Made by a program: the position numbers and the translations under genes
NCBI GenBank assembly: GCA_965217585.1
Contig: OZ244561.1
Span: 640,001 to 704,000 of the forward strand
Length of the DNA stretch: 64,000 bases
Direction: 5' to 3'
DNA from: Candidatus Latescibacterota bacterium
GTDB taxonomy: Bacteria > Latescibacterota > UBA2968 > UBA8231
Notes under the pieces: model-generated
The model's database searches: none
Seen by the model: only the letters and a program-made list of their open reading frames with translations
What the model was told of the DNA's origin: nothing
Shown: positions 27,342 to 37,194 of the stretch, in pieces
How the letters are laid out: each line of letters opens with the position of its first letter
Position numbering within the stretch: the stretch's first letter is position 1

Positions 27342-28496
27342 TTAGTTTTGTTCCTCTTGTGCCTCTTCGCCACCGAAGAATTGTCGCTTGAGCTTTTCTT
27401 CTTCGGTCTCGGGCGGCCGGAGCTGCCAGATGCGCTGCTGGGCCACCTTCTCCCAAGCCGGATCGGCTTTGGCTTTCTCAAAGGCGGCGATGGCCCCTTC
27501 CTCGTCACCCTCCCTCACCAAATTGTCGCCCTTAAGCAGCAGCAGGTGTGCATCCTCCGAATCTCCCTTCAGCCCCCGCTCCAACCACGTTTTTGCAGAT
27601 GCGAACTCGCCGCGGCCTTGGTGCCACTCCACTAGTTTAGCTATGCTCTTCAGATCCTTGGGATCGGCCTCAACCATGCCCTTGAGGCCCTCAACGTGCA
27701 TGGAGTCGTTGCCCGCTTCAGAGGCGACTGATGCGATGCGGTTATAATAGGAATAGGCGTTCTGCGAATCCACCTTCGCTAGTTCCAACAGCGAGTCGTA
27801 GGCCCCTTTGACATCTCCGACCTCTAGCTGCAGCTCGACGATGCTCTCTAGTTGGTCGGCACCACCCGTCCCGCCCTTGACTTGGCGGTGGCGCCACGCA
27901 AGAGCCTGCTCCACCTGCCCCAGCTCCTGGTGCAACACCGCAAGTATTTCAAATAGCTCGGCATCCTTAGCCCCATCCTCGGCCAACTGTTCGTAGTGGG
28001 TGACAGCCCGCTCGTTGTGGCCCTCGCGGCGATAGAGGTCGGCCAGCTCGCGACGGTGCTTAGCTGCGTCCGGCTTTTTGAGCAGTGTGCGCTCCAAGCT
28101 CCAAGCAGCCGAATCGGGCAAGTCCATGGCTTTATATATCGAATAGAGAAGCAGGTTGGAATTCAGATGCAGCGAGTCGATGCTGACTGCTTGGCGCAGT
28201 GCGATGCGCGCCTGGGGCAGTGCGATGCGTGCGCCGGTGGAATCCTTTTTTTCGTAGTAGAGCTGCCCCAAGAAGAAGGCGGCCTTCAGGTCTTGGGGAC
28301 TATATTGCAGAAGAGTCGTGTAATAGCCTATAGCCCTGTCGTACTCTTTGTTTTTGCGGGCCGTCTTGGCGTAGTATTTGTACTTGTGGATTGAATCGGC
28401 TGTTGCAACTTCCTCCGCCTCGGCCTCGGCACCCAAAATTAAGGCGCAGATCGCTAGTCCTAGGGTACACATCAGATTACATTTCACGGTGAGCAA
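27342..28496 (-). CDS. Exported tetratricopeptide repeat protein
   Basis: Signal-like N-terminus and TPR-like helices; first gene of the TonB operon; start uncertain. Confidence 0.75.
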   Translation of the reverse strand: MLTVKCNLMCTLGLAICALILGAEAEAEEVATADSIHKYKYYAKTARKNKEYDRAIGYYTTLLQYSPQDLKAAFFLGQLYYEKKDSTGARIALPQARIALRQAVSIDSLHLNSNLLLYSIYKAMDLPDSAAWSLERTLLKKPDAAKHRRELADLYRREGHNERAVTHYEQLAEDGAKDAELFEILAVLHQELGQVEQALAWRHRQVKGGTGGADQLESIVELQLEVGDVKGAYDSLLELAKVDSQNAYSYYNRIASVASEAGNDSMHVEGLKGMVEADPKDLKSIAKLVEWHQGRGEFASAKTWLERGLKGDSEDAHLLLLKGDNLVREGDEEGAIAAFEKAKADPAWEKVAQQRIWQLRPPETEEEKLKRQFFGGEEAQEEQN

Positions 28497-28648
28497 TCCT
28501 CAATGTGGCTACGGTCTCCGAGCCGCGACAATTCGCGGGTTCATTATCATTGCTTAATGCAACCTTCGTAGAGCCGTCAAAATATGGATTTACCGTTTGG
28601 GATGCAACTTCAAAGGCCACATGGATATTGAATACAATAACCCCGCGA

Positions 28649-28700
28649 TTACATCTATATAGCAACTGCGTTACATTTATATAGCAACTGCGTTACATTT
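28649..28700. repeat. 22-bp tandem repeat, about 2.4 copies, in a divergent promoter region
   Basis: ttacatctatatagcaactgcg / ttacatttatatagcaactgcg / ttacattt. Confidence 0.9.
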
Positions 28701-28853
28701 TCGCGGCTGGCCTCGCGTCCGCAGATTGACAAGTATTTATTTTTAATGCACTTTATTCGTTTCTAGCAATATGGCGACGAGCGCGTTTATCCGAGCTACC
28801 GCCATGTTCACTTCGCCGGACTCGAGCGGCGGGCTAATCTGAGAGGAAAAGCC

Positions 28854-29708
28854 TTGAACTGGTTTGAAAAAATGAAAACGGGGATCAAGTCCTTAATAAA
28901 GCGCGAAATTCCCCAAGGCATCTGGATTAAGTGCAAAAAGTGTAGCCGCTCCAACTACGAGATGGCCCTGCGACGCAGTCACTGGATCTGCCCGGAGTGC
29001 GCCTTCCACTATCCCATCGGCCCGCAGCAATACATTGACCTCCTCGTCGACGAAGGTACTTTTGCCGAAATCGACCCGGACGTGATGCCCGTCGATCCGC
29101 TCAAGTTCAAAGGCTATAAGGACAAAATCAAGAAGGGGCGACGCGAAAGCGGCACCAAGGAATCAGTACACACTGGCGTCGGCCAGATCGACGGGCAGCC
29201 CATTGCTCTCGCGATCATGGACACGCGCTACCTAATGGGTACTTTGGGCGGCGCGACCGGCGAGAAGATCTGCCGCCTCATCGACCGTGCCATTGCCGAG
29301 CACCGTACCCTAATCGTCATCTGCCAGTCTGCTGGGGCCAGAATGCAGGAGAGTGCCTACTCCCTGATGCAGATGGCCCGGATCAGTGCCAAGCTCAACC
29401 AGCTCGCGCAAAACGGCTTGCTCTACATCGCCATTCTTACCGACCCGACCTACGGGGGAGTCACCGCCAGCTTCGCCATGCTCGGCGATATCGCCTTGGC
29501 CGAACCCGGGGCGCGCATTGGGTTTGCCGGCCCAGCCGTCATCCAGCAGTTCCTCGGCACGGACACCCCTTTTCCCGCGGGCTTTCAGAAAGCCGAAACC
29601 GTCCTTGAACACGGCTTTATCGACCGCATCGTCCCGCGCGACCGCATGGCGGCGGAATTGGCGCGCTTAATCGCACTTTTGGCCTCGAAGACTGCCGACC
29701 ACGCCTAG
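28854..29708 (+). CDS. accD: Acetyl-CoA carboxylase carboxyltransferase beta subunit
   Basis: WIKCKKC...CPEC zinc finger, GARMQE, LTDPTYGGVTASFA, IGFAGP. Confidence 0.95.
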   Translation: MNWFEKMKTGIKSLIKREIPQGIWIKCKKCSRSNYEMALRRSHWICPECAFHYPIGPQQYIDLLVDEGTFAEIDPDVMPVDPLKFKGYKDKIKKGRRESGTKESVHTGVGQIDGQPIALAIMDTRYLMGTLGGATGEKICRLIDRAIAEHRTLIVICQSAGARMQESAYSLMQMARISAKLNQLAQNGLLYIAILTDPTYGGVTASFAMLGDIALAEPGARIGFAGPAVIQQFLGTDTPFPAGFQKAETVLEHGFIDRIVPRDRMAAELARLIALLASKTADHA

Positions 29709-31018
29709 AAGTTATGTCCTAGACTCAGCCAGATATCCATTTGCTCGTCGGCGACGCCCGTGCCCATGCGGACCACGAGATCGGCGTCCCAGACCATTCG
29801 CACCCCCGCGCCGCCGCTGATGTGCATACCCGACCACCCGATCTGATCTAAGTCGGGCCAGACCCGGCCCGAATCGAAAAAAACCATCCCCTGCCACTCT
29901 ATATACTGCCCGTAAAACCAGATGTCGTACAGTTGGTAGCGCAATTCGACATTGGACAAAAAGCGCACGTCATCTGTAAACCGCTGGGTGTCGAAACCAC
30001 GCAGCGAATCGCTGCCGCCCAACCCTTTGACCCGGCGGCTGCCCCCGATCTCGCCATAGGCGTAGAGAGGCACTGCGCCACTAAGCACCTCCAGCACGAG
30101 GCGATGGGAGAAGTTCACCCGAGGCGACAGCGGGATGTAGTAAGCATTGGTCAGGGTCACGCGGCTAAAATCAATAGGCTCAAAGAACAGCGCCAGAAGC
30201 GAGTTGCGCGCCGACTCGTACGACCACTCTTGAAAGAAGCCGCGCCGCGGCATCACTTCGTCGTCGCGGGTATCCCACTGAAGAGTCGCACTGATAAACC
30301 CCGAAAATCCATCTATCACTCCGTCTGGGGTGCCACGCTCTAAATAGAATGCCTGTGTCCCCCGCTGGTCCACATCGACGCGCTCCAGCCCAAAACCGAC
30401 CGACATGGATACCGGACCGTACAAACGGCGAAAAAGGCTCACCAAGATTCGCGGGTTTCTTGCTAAGATATAGTAGTAGTAGTTCTCATCCTTGAAATCA
30501 GTGCTATTCGGCTCGACGAAGTCCCGATTGAATGCGCTGTCGTTGCCCAACCCGTAGTAGCGCGTGCGCAGATTGCGCTCTCGGACCAACTCCAACCCCA
30601 AGCCGAAACCCGTCCCCGAAATCTGGGGTACCTTCAACCGCACGAGGTTTTTTAATTTGCCCTCAGAGGACTGCTGTACGTGCAGGGTCAGCTTATAGAG
30701 ATAGGGCTGGTGCCGATAGTCGGCCCAATGTACGCGCGCCCCCCAGTTCCAGCCCGTGTTGGGGCTGAGAAAAGCGAAAGGAAGGCCGGTGACGCCGTAG
30801 GGAATGCCCCACAGGGTAAACTGGCGTCGCTTTGCCATCCAGCGCACAGCCTCCACGGTTTGCTCGGTCGCCGACTGCGAGACTTTGGCCAGCAACGGGG
30901 ACGAAGGTTGGCTGTGGGTGGAATCGACGCGGACCTCGCCCTCGCCCCACGCGCCCTCTGCGAACAATAGGACGCCGATACAACTGCCGTTTGTGAGAAG
31001 ACGCTTAACCACGACCAC
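29705..31018 (-). CDS. Omp85 (BamA/TamA-like) outer-membrane beta-barrel without POTRA domains
   Basis: WDTRD, LGGSDSLRGF, NVELRY, FFDSGRVW, C-terminal aromatic residue (LGHNF). Confidence 0.75.
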   Translation of the reverse strand: MVVVKRLLTNGSCIGVLLFAEGAWGEGEVRVDSTHSQPSSPLLAKVSQSATEQTVEAVRWMAKRRQFTLWGIPYGVTGLPFAFLSPNTGWNWGARVHWADYRHQPYLYKLTLHVQQSSEGKLKNLVRLKVPQISGTGFGLGLELVRERNLRTRYYGLGNDSAFNRDFVEPNSTDFKDENYYYYILARNPRILVSLFRRLYGPVSMSVGFGLERVDVDQRGTQAFYLERGTPDGVIDGFSGFISATLQWDTRDDEVMPRRGFFQEWSYESARNSLLALFFEPIDFSRVTLTNAYYIPLSPRVNFSHRLVLEVLSGAVPLYAYGEIGGSRRVKGLGGSDSLRGFDTQRFTDDVRFLSNVELRYQLYDIWFYGQYIEWQGMVFFDSGRVWPDLDQIGWSGMHISGGAGVRMVWDADLVVRMGTGVADEQMDIWLSLGHNF

Positions 31019-31937
31019 CTCGCTTCACCGTGCCTGCAGGCGTGAAAACGCCGCGCTCAAAGCGCCGTCGATCAACTGGGCTTATTGGGGCACCGAGCGA
31101 ATAGTGGAGTGGCGTAATCGCGATTGCACCGCGTTCCAAGGCTTCCACATCGCTGTTAGCTCCATCGCCGACTAACTGCAACTGGCAGCTATGGTAATCG
31201 AAGTGCGGCTCGGTCGCGCGTCGGGTGAATAGCGGACCATAGCTCGTCCTCGCCAAGCCCGTCAGGCACCTCGGGGATTCGCGCCTAGTACTAGCGGGCA
31301 TGTTTACCGCGACCATGTCGGCACCAGCGGGCAACCCCCCGCGCAAGATCTCGGCGGCGATGTCGGCGGAGACAGCCACCGCCGCCGAGACCAGCGCATC
31401 GAGCGCGGGATCGAGCCGCCGAGACCGCCGCCAGAGAGCAAAAGCCGGGGCGGGCAGCTCCAGCGAAAAAGCCGCGGACGGCACCCCGGCGAGAAAGCCC
31501 TCTACAGCCGCTCCTATCGTGCCGGAACTCAGCGTGAAAGCGAGGCCGGAGTTGACGCCCATATTGATGCCGGAAACGACTAGGGCCGGCTTTTCGGGAC
31601 AGATGTTGTGAATGCCGATATTGGCACAGTCGGCTGGCTTGCCGGTCAGCGTCTGGGCGGGAAAGCCGCCGCATTCGATCTCGGCCAGCACCAACGGCTC
31701 AAAGCGGCTCATACTCTTGCTGGTCCAACTGCATTCCGCAGCCGGCACGACTATGCACAGCTCGGCCAACTTGGATAACTCCCGTAGCAAAGGCACCAAA
31801 ATGGGCGAATCGGCCCCGTCGTCGTTTGTCACCAATACTTGGGGTTTTACAGCGGTCACAGTCGGTTTTCCCTTCGATATAGACGCACTCTGAGGTGGCG
31901 TCATAATAATAACAATCCGCCATTCGGCTCCCAACAA
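31005..31937 (-). CDS. surE: 5'/3'-nucleotidase SurE
   Basis: VLVTNDDG, GKPADC, VVSGINxGxN, SGTIGAAVEG, ITPL; the true start is probably somewhat downstream. Confidence 0.88.
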   Translation of the reverse strand: MLGAEWRIVIIMTPPQSASISKGKPTVTAVKPQVLVTNDDGADSPILVPLLRELSKLAELCIVVPAAECSWTSKSMSRFEPLVLAEIECGGFPAQTLTGKPADCANIGIHNICPEKPALVVSGINMGVNSGLAFTLSSGTIGAAVEGFLAGVPSAAFSLELPAPAFALWRRSRRLDPALDALVSAAVAVSADIAAEILRGGLPAGADMVAVNMPASTRRESPRCLTGLARTSYGPLFTRRATEPHFDYHSCQLQLVGDGANSDVEALERGAIAITPLHYSLGAPISPVDRRRFERGVFTPAGTVKRGGRG

Positions 31938-31978
31938 TTTCCTTGCTTAGCTGCGGCCTGCGGTCCTATTATTTTGTT

Positions 31979-32242
31979 ATGGATGACTCCATTCTCCTAC
32001 AGGAACTTGAAACCCTCGCCGAAGGGCTAGATATCGAGGTGCGCTACGACGATTTCGAGGGTAGGGGTGGGCTTTGCCGCTACGGCGGTAGGTCCTACTT
32101 GATCGTCAATCACGAACTCGATACCGAAGCCCGAGTGCATTTGTTATGCCGTGCCCTTTCGCGGCTACCTCTCGATGCGGTCTTTATTCGTCCCCAAGTG
32201 CGGGAGCGGATCGAAAAATATAGCTCGCACGCAGCCGCCTAA
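31979..32242 (+). CDS. Small conserved hypothetical protein
   Basis: LQELETLAEGLDIEVRY...GGLCR...IRPQVRE; coherent coding pattern. Confidence 0.65.
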   Translation: MDDSILLQELETLAEGLDIEVRYDDFEGRGGLCRYGGRSYLIVNHELDTEARVHLLCRALSRLPLDAVFIRPQVRERIEKYSSHAAA

Positions 32243-32339
32243 GCACCTACACTCCAGCCACTGATCGCGCCCAGCTCCGAGACGGGACCGCGAACTTTCC
32301 CGACAAAATTTCACTGCCCGCAGAACGGACTGCCCTTCC

Positions 32340-32368
32340 TTGACAGTCCTTATTTCATGGCCTATTTT
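32340..32368 (+). promoter_or_regulatory. Sigma70-type promoter for rpmI-rplT
   Basis: TTGACA, 17 nt spacer, TATTTT. Confidence 0.65.
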
Positions 32369-32405
32369 TTGCTCTCTTGCCCAAAATCAAGACAGAGGGA
32401 CCATC

Positions 32406-32603
32406 ATGCCCAAAATCAAGACGCATAAATCCTCGGCCAAGCGCATTAAGCAGCGCGGATCGGGCCGCCTGAAGCGCCGCAATGCCTATGCCACTCACCT
32501 TTTGGGCGGTCGCTCGACCAAGCGCAAACGGGCTTTGCGCAAAAACAACCCCGTCTCGTCCGCAGACCTAGCCAATGTTCGCCGGGCCCTGAACCTCAAG
32601 TAA
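32406..32603 (+). CDS. rpmI: 50S ribosomal protein L35
   Basis: MPKIKTHKSSAKR...HLL...KRKRALR. Confidence 0.95.
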   Translation: MPKIKTHKSSAKRIKQRGSGRLKRRNAYATHLLGGRSTKRKRALRKNNPVSSADLANVRRALNLK

Positions 32604-32626
32604 GCGAGTTTAACGGAGAATAATCC

Positions 32627-32980
32627 ATGCCACGGGTAAATCACGCCGTAGCCACCAAAAAGCGAAAGAAGAAGGTACTCAAACAATCCAAGGGTTATTG
32701 GGGCGCGCGCAGCCGCCTCTTCCGCACCGCTCAAGAAGCCGTTGACCGCGCTCAAGCCTACGCCTACCGCGACCGGCGCCAGCGCAAGCGGGACTTCCGC
32801 CGCCTCTGGATTGTCCGCATCAATGCCGCCGCCCGCCGCAACGGCATGTCTTATAGCCAGCTCGTCCATGGGCTGGACCAAGCCGGCGTTGCAATCAACC
32901 GCAAGGTCTTGGCCGATCTAGCCGTGCGCGATCCGGCCGCCTTTACCGCGGTAGTCGAACAAGCCCGGCCCCACGTCTAA
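32627..32980 (+). CDS. rplT: 50S ribosomal protein L20
   Basis: [46 protein letters not shown]. Confidence 0.98.
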   Translation: MPRVNHAVATKKRKKKVLKQSKGYWGARSRLFRTAQEAVDRAQAYAYRDRRQRKRDFRRLWIVRINAAARRNGMSYSQLVHGLDQAGVAINRKVLADLAVRDPAAFTAVVEQARPHV

Positions 32981-32995
32981 ATTTACACTCATCTG

Positions 32996-33034
32996 ACAAA
33001 AAGGGGTCGGCGACACACGCCGGGCCCTTTTTGT
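32996..33034 (+). terminator. Rho-independent terminator after rplT
   Basis: acaaaaaggggtcggcg-acaca-cgccgggccctttttgt hairpin with T tract. Confidence 0.75.
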
Positions 33035-33046
33035 TCTATTAGCTAT

Positions 33047-34057
33047 ATGTTAGAAGAAGTACGACAATTGGCGTCGGTGGCCGTAGAGGAAATCGAAGCC
33101 GCCCGAGACGGTAAGGCACTGGAGGCACTGCGAGTTCACCACCTCGGGCGCAAGAGCCGGCTGCGCCAGATCGCGCGGCAGATCGGCCACCTGCCCGCCG
33201 CCCAACGACCAGCACTAGGGGAGGCCACCGGTCGCGCCCAAAAGGCCATTCAGCAGGCTCTAGACGACAAGGCACTAGCCCTCCGACAGGTGGCCGAAAC
33301 GGATTCTGCTCTCGATGTAACGCTCCCGGGCCGACGGCCCCTCTTGGGCTGTGCCCACCCCCTGTCCCAGCTAACCGACGAATTGATCGGCATCTTCCAA
33401 GGCATGAGTTTCGACGTAGCCGACGGGCCGGAAGCCGAGGACGAGTACCACAACTTCGACGCCCTCAACACCCCGGCCGACCACCCCGCGCGCGACCTAC
33501 ACGACACCTTCTATCTAGAGGGAGGTGGACTCATGCGCACCCACACCTCCACGGTGCAGATCCGCGTCATGGAGCAAACGCCGCCGCCAGTGCGGATCAT
33601 CTCCTTGGGACGTTGCTACCGCAAGGAGACGGTCGATGCAACCCACCACTTCGCCTTCCACCAGATTGAGGGTCTGTATGTTGATCGCGGGGTCTCTTTC
33701 GCCGACTTGAAGGGCACTATTGAGGCCATGGGACGCCAGCTCATGGGCGCGGAGACCCAAGTGCGCTTTCGGCCTCACTTTTTTCCCTTTACCGAGCCAA
33801 GCGTGGAATACGATTTCACCTGCATCTGCAAGGGGCAACGCGCGAACTGCTCGATCTGCAAGGGAACGGGTTGGATCGAAATCGCCGGGGCCGGCATGGT
33901 CGATCCGGCCGTCTTTGCCGCGGTGGGCTACGACCCAGACGAATATACTGGCTTCGCCTTCGGCATGGGATTGGAGCGGATCGCCATGATCCGGCACGGC
34001 ATCGACGACGTGCGGCGCTTCCTCGACAATGACTTGCGTTTCACCCGGCAGTTCTGA
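33047..34057 (+). CDS. pheS: Phenylalanine-tRNA ligase alpha subunit
   Basis: NFDALN...HPAR..HDTFY, MRTHTS, FHQIEG, FPFTEPS, GFAFGMGLERIAM. Confidence 0.98.
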   Translation: MLEEVRQLASVAVEEIEAARDGKALEALRVHHLGRKSRLRQIARQIGHLPAAQRPALGEATGRAQKAIQQALDDKALALRQVAETDSALDVTLPGRRPLLGCAHPLSQLTDELIGIFQGMSFDVADGPEAEDEYHNFDALNTPADHPARDLHDTFYLEGGGLMRTHTSTVQIRVMEQTPPPVRIISLGRCYRKETVDATHHFAFHQIEGLYVDRGVSFADLKGTIEAMGRQLMGAETQVRFRPHFFPFTEPSVEYDFTCICKGQRANCSICKGTGWIEIAGAGMVDPAVFAAVGYDPDEYTGFAFGMGLERIAMIRHGIDDVRRFLDNDLRFTRQF

Positions 34058-34075
34058 GATTCTCGGCAACGCCTT

Positions 34076-36454
34076 ATGAAAATCACGTACAATTGGCTCA
34101 AGGAATACGTGGACTTCGCCTGGGATTGGCCCGAGCTAGCCGAGCGCCTGACCATGACGGGCTTGGCATTCGAGGGCATGGAGGATCTCGGCACGCGCTA
34201 CGAGGGCGTCGTCATCGGCCGTGTCAACTCCTGTTGCCCACATGAAAACGCCGATCGCTTGACTGTCTGCCAAGTCGATGTGGGGACCGGGGTCAACACC
34301 ATCGTCTGCGGAGCACCCAATGTCGCGTCCGGGCAAACCGTTGCCGTCGCCCTGCCCGGCACCGAGCTGCCCGGAGGCATGCTGATTAAAAAAGCCAAAA
34401 TTCGCGGCGTCGCATCCGAGGGCATGCTCTGTGCCGAAGACGAGCTCGGGCTGGGCGATAACCACGACGGCATTGTCGTGCTCGACGAGAACCTCCCGGT
34501 CGGCACCCCCTTTGCCGCAGCCACGGGGCTCGGCGACGTGGTCATCGACTTAGAGGTTACGCCCAACCGCCCGGACTGCCTGAGCCTCTTGGGCATTGCC
34601 CGCGAGGTCCACGCGCTCACCGGCAACCCCCTCCGTTTTCCCAACTTACAGGTGCCCGAAAGCGGACCGGCCACCGCGGCAGACGTGCAGATCAACATCG
34701 AAGCACCGGACGATTGCCCGCGCTACGTCGGCCGCGTCGTGCGCGGCGTCGAGGTTGGCCCCTCGCCCCAGTGGCTCCAGCGCCGACTCCAAGCCGTGGG
34801 TCAGCGCCCAATCAACAACATCGTCGATATCACCAACTACGTACTGCTGGAATTGGGGCATCCTCTGCACGCTTTCGATCTACACGCACTGGACCAGCGG
34901 CGCATCATCGTCCGCCGGGCGCGATCCGGCGAAACCTTGGATATCCTCGATGGCACCCAATGTACGCTCGATGAAGAGATGCTGGTCATCGCCGATGGGA
35001 CGCGGCCCCAAGCACTAGCCGGGGTCATGGGTGGGGCCCATTCCCAAGTATCGGCGGCCACCACTGACATTCTGCTCGAAAGCGCGTACTTCGCACCGTC
35101 GCGGGTGCGGCTAGCCCGGTCTCATCTAGGGCTTTTCACCGAGGCAGCCACGCGCTTTGAGCGCGGTGCCGATTGGGACGCCCCGGTGCGGGCGATTGAC
35201 CGCGCCGCTCGCCTAATCGCCGAGCTAGCCGGCGGCGCAGTCGCTCCAGATCCTTTGGACGTGTACCCCCGCCCCGGCCAACGTCGCCAAATCCCGCTCT
35301 GCGTTGATCGCACCAATCAGCTCTTGGCTACGGAGTTAGACTCTGCTGCTATCGTCCAGACTCTCGAGCGTCTCGGCTGCCGGGTCGAATCGGGCCGCCC
35401 CCTCGTGGTAACGGCCCCGAGCTTCCGCCCCGATCTAGTGCGCCCGGCCGACCTCCACGAGGAGGTCGGCCGCATCTACGGCTTCGACCGCATCGAGGGC
35501 CGCCAAGAGGCATCTGGGCCTTGGATCACTCAGCGCGACCCCGAGCCTACCTTTAGGCAGGTTGCTCGGCAACGGCTTTTGGGCCTGGGTTTGGACGAAG
35601 TCGTCAGCAATACGATCGTCGAATCCCGCTGGCTCGAGCTAGTCGGTGCCGCAGGCCAAGCCGCCCGCTTAGCCAACCCGCCGACCGAAACCCAAGACGC
35701 CTTGCGCACCACCTTGGTGCCGAGCCTCTTGGATGTTGCGTGTCGCAACTTCAACCAGCGGGCCGCGGGGGTGGCCATTTTCGAGCTGGGCAAGTGCTTT
35801 GTCGCCAGCGCGGAAAAGGGCACCAGGCCCGAGGAAAGCTGGCATCTCGCAGCCCTGTGGTCGGGCCGCGTCTCAGCGTCTCCCTATCAGGCCGACGCTC
35901 GCGAGGCCGACTTCTTCGACCTCAAGGGCTTGCTCGAAGCGCTAGTGGGCGAGGGGGACCTGCGCTTTACCCCCGCCGACCGCCCTGAATGCCGCTCGGG
36001 ACACGCGGCCTGCGTCTCCCTCGGTGGCCAGCCTCTCGGCTGGTTGGGCCAAGTTTCGGTCGGCTTGTGCGCAGCATTTGATTTAGAGCGTCAAGTACAT
36101 ATTTTTGAAATATCGTTCACCGCGCTAGTGCGCCATTGGCACGGTCGGGAGCGCTCGTTTTCCGCGCTCCCCAAATTTCCGCCGATCGAGCGCGACTTGG
36201 CCGTAGTCGTACGCGCGGACACTGCAACCGCCGAACTCATCGCCGCCATGAGAGATAGCGCGTCCCGCCTCGTCGAATCCATCGAGGTTTTTGACCTCTA
36301 TCAAGGGGATCAAATAGAAGCAGGCCACAAGAGCGTGGCTTTCACCATCCGTCTGCGCGACCGCGAGCAGACGTTGCAGGACGCTCAGGCCGACGCGGCG
36401 ATCTCCTCGATGCTCAAGAGCCTCGAAGCGCGGTTCGGCGCTCGTTTGCGCTAA
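34076..36454 (+). CDS. pheT: Phenylalanine-tRNA ligase beta subunit
   Basis: [47 protein letters not shown]. Confidence 0.98.
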   Translation: MKITYNWLKEYVDFAWDWPELAERLTMTGLAFEGMEDLGTRYEGVVIGRVNSCCPHENADRLTVCQVDVGTGVNTIVCGAPNVASGQTVAVALPGTELPGGMLIKKAKIRGVASEGMLCAEDELGLGDNHDGIVVLDENLPVGTPFAAATGLGDVVIDLEVTPNRPDCLSLLGIAREVHALTGNPLRFPNLQVPESGPATAADVQINIEAPDDCPRYVGRVVRGVEVGPSPQWLQRRLQAVGQRPINNIVDITNYVLLELGHPLHAFDLHALDQRRIIVRRARSGETLDILDGTQCTLDEEMLVIADGTRPQALAGVMGGAHSQVSAATTDILLESAYFAPSRVRLARSHLGLFTEAATRFERGADWDAPVRAIDRAARLIAELAGGAVAPDPLDVYPRPGQRRQIPLCVDRTNQLLATELDSAAIVQTLERLGCRVESGRPLVVTAPSFRPDLVRPADLHEEVGRIYGFDRIEGRQEASGPWITQRDPEPTFRQVARQRLLGLGLDEVVSNTIVESRWLELVGAAGQAARLANPPTETQDALRTTLVPSLLDVACRNFNQRAAGVAIFELGKCFVASAEKGTRPEESWHLAALWSGRVSASPYQADAREADFFDLKGLLEALVGEGDLRFTPADRPECRSGHAACVSLGGQPLGWLGQVSVGLCAAFDLERQVHIFEISFTALVRHWHGRERSFSALPKFPPIERDLAVVVRADTATAELIAAMRDSASRLVESIEVFDLYQGDQIEAGHKSVAFTIRLRDREQTLQDAQADAAISSMLKSLEARFGARLR

Positions 36455-36488
36455 TCCCAACCTCAAAATCAGGAGTACAGCCGCCCCA

Positions 36489-36824
36489 ATGGATGTAAAC
36501 GAAAATTTTGAACGCCTTGAGCACCACATCAACCGCCTGACGGGAGTACTCGAATCGCTCCGCAAGGAAAACGACGAGTTGAATGGGCAGATCCAGAGCC
36601 TCAAAGAAAAAAATGACACCCTGCAGGTAGACATCCAGAGCCTCGAAGAAAAAATCAGCGTCGCCAGCAGTGAGAACGAACAGTTCAAAAAGGACAAAGA
36701 AGCGGTGAAAGGACGCATCGAACAGCTCCTCAGCCGCTTGGACCGCGCCGTCAGCAGCGAAAGCGAACAGCTCGAGCCGGTCGAAGCGGCCCACATAAAG
36801 GTCGAACAGGACAAAGACGTCTGA
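36489..36824 (+). CDS. Coiled-coil protein, ZapB-like
   Basis: Continuous heptad pattern; conserved position between pheT and zapA. Confidence 0.7.
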   Translation: MDVNENFERLEHHINRLTGVLESLRKENDELNGQIQSLKEKNDTLQVDIQSLEEKISVASSENEQFKKDKEAVKGRIEQLLSRLDRAVSSESEQLEPVEAAHIKVEQDKDV

Positions 36825-36838
36825 GAAAGGGGTCTAGT

Positions 36839-37153
36839 ATGTCGTCCCAAGTAGTGGTCAAAATATTCGACAAGCACTATACCCTAGGAGTCGACCAAGA
36901 TCACTCTGCCGAACACGTGCAAAAGCTCGCCGAGATGGTGGACGAGCGCATGCACGAGATCAAGCACGAGATCAAAGGCGGCTCCCCACTCCAAGTGGCC
37001 ATCTTGGCCAGTCTGAGCTTGGTGGAGGAACTCCTCTCCCTGCGGGAGGACTACGCTTCCGCCGAAGCCGATATCGCCCTGCGGACTTCTCAGCTCGCCA
37101 CCTCGCTTGGGCACCTTTTCGCCGAAGTAGAAGTTCCCCGTTCCGATAGCTGA
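36839..37153 (+). CDS. zapA: Cell division protein ZapA
   Basis: VKIFDKHYTL, LAEMVDERM, VAILASL. Confidence 0.85.
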   Translation: MSSQVVVKIFDKHYTLGVDQDHSAEHVQKLAEMVDERMHEIKHEIKGGSPLQVAILASLSLVEELLSLREDYASAEADIALRTSQLATSLGHLFAEVEVPRSDS

Positions 37154-37194
37154 AAGCAGTATTCTGAGCCGGGTTCGCCCCGTGCTCTGGCCCG

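Noticed and set aside
28649-28700. Short repeats here and at 15022-15073 as mini-CRISPR arrays
   Set aside because: No unique spacers of suitable length, too few units, and no cas genes in the window.
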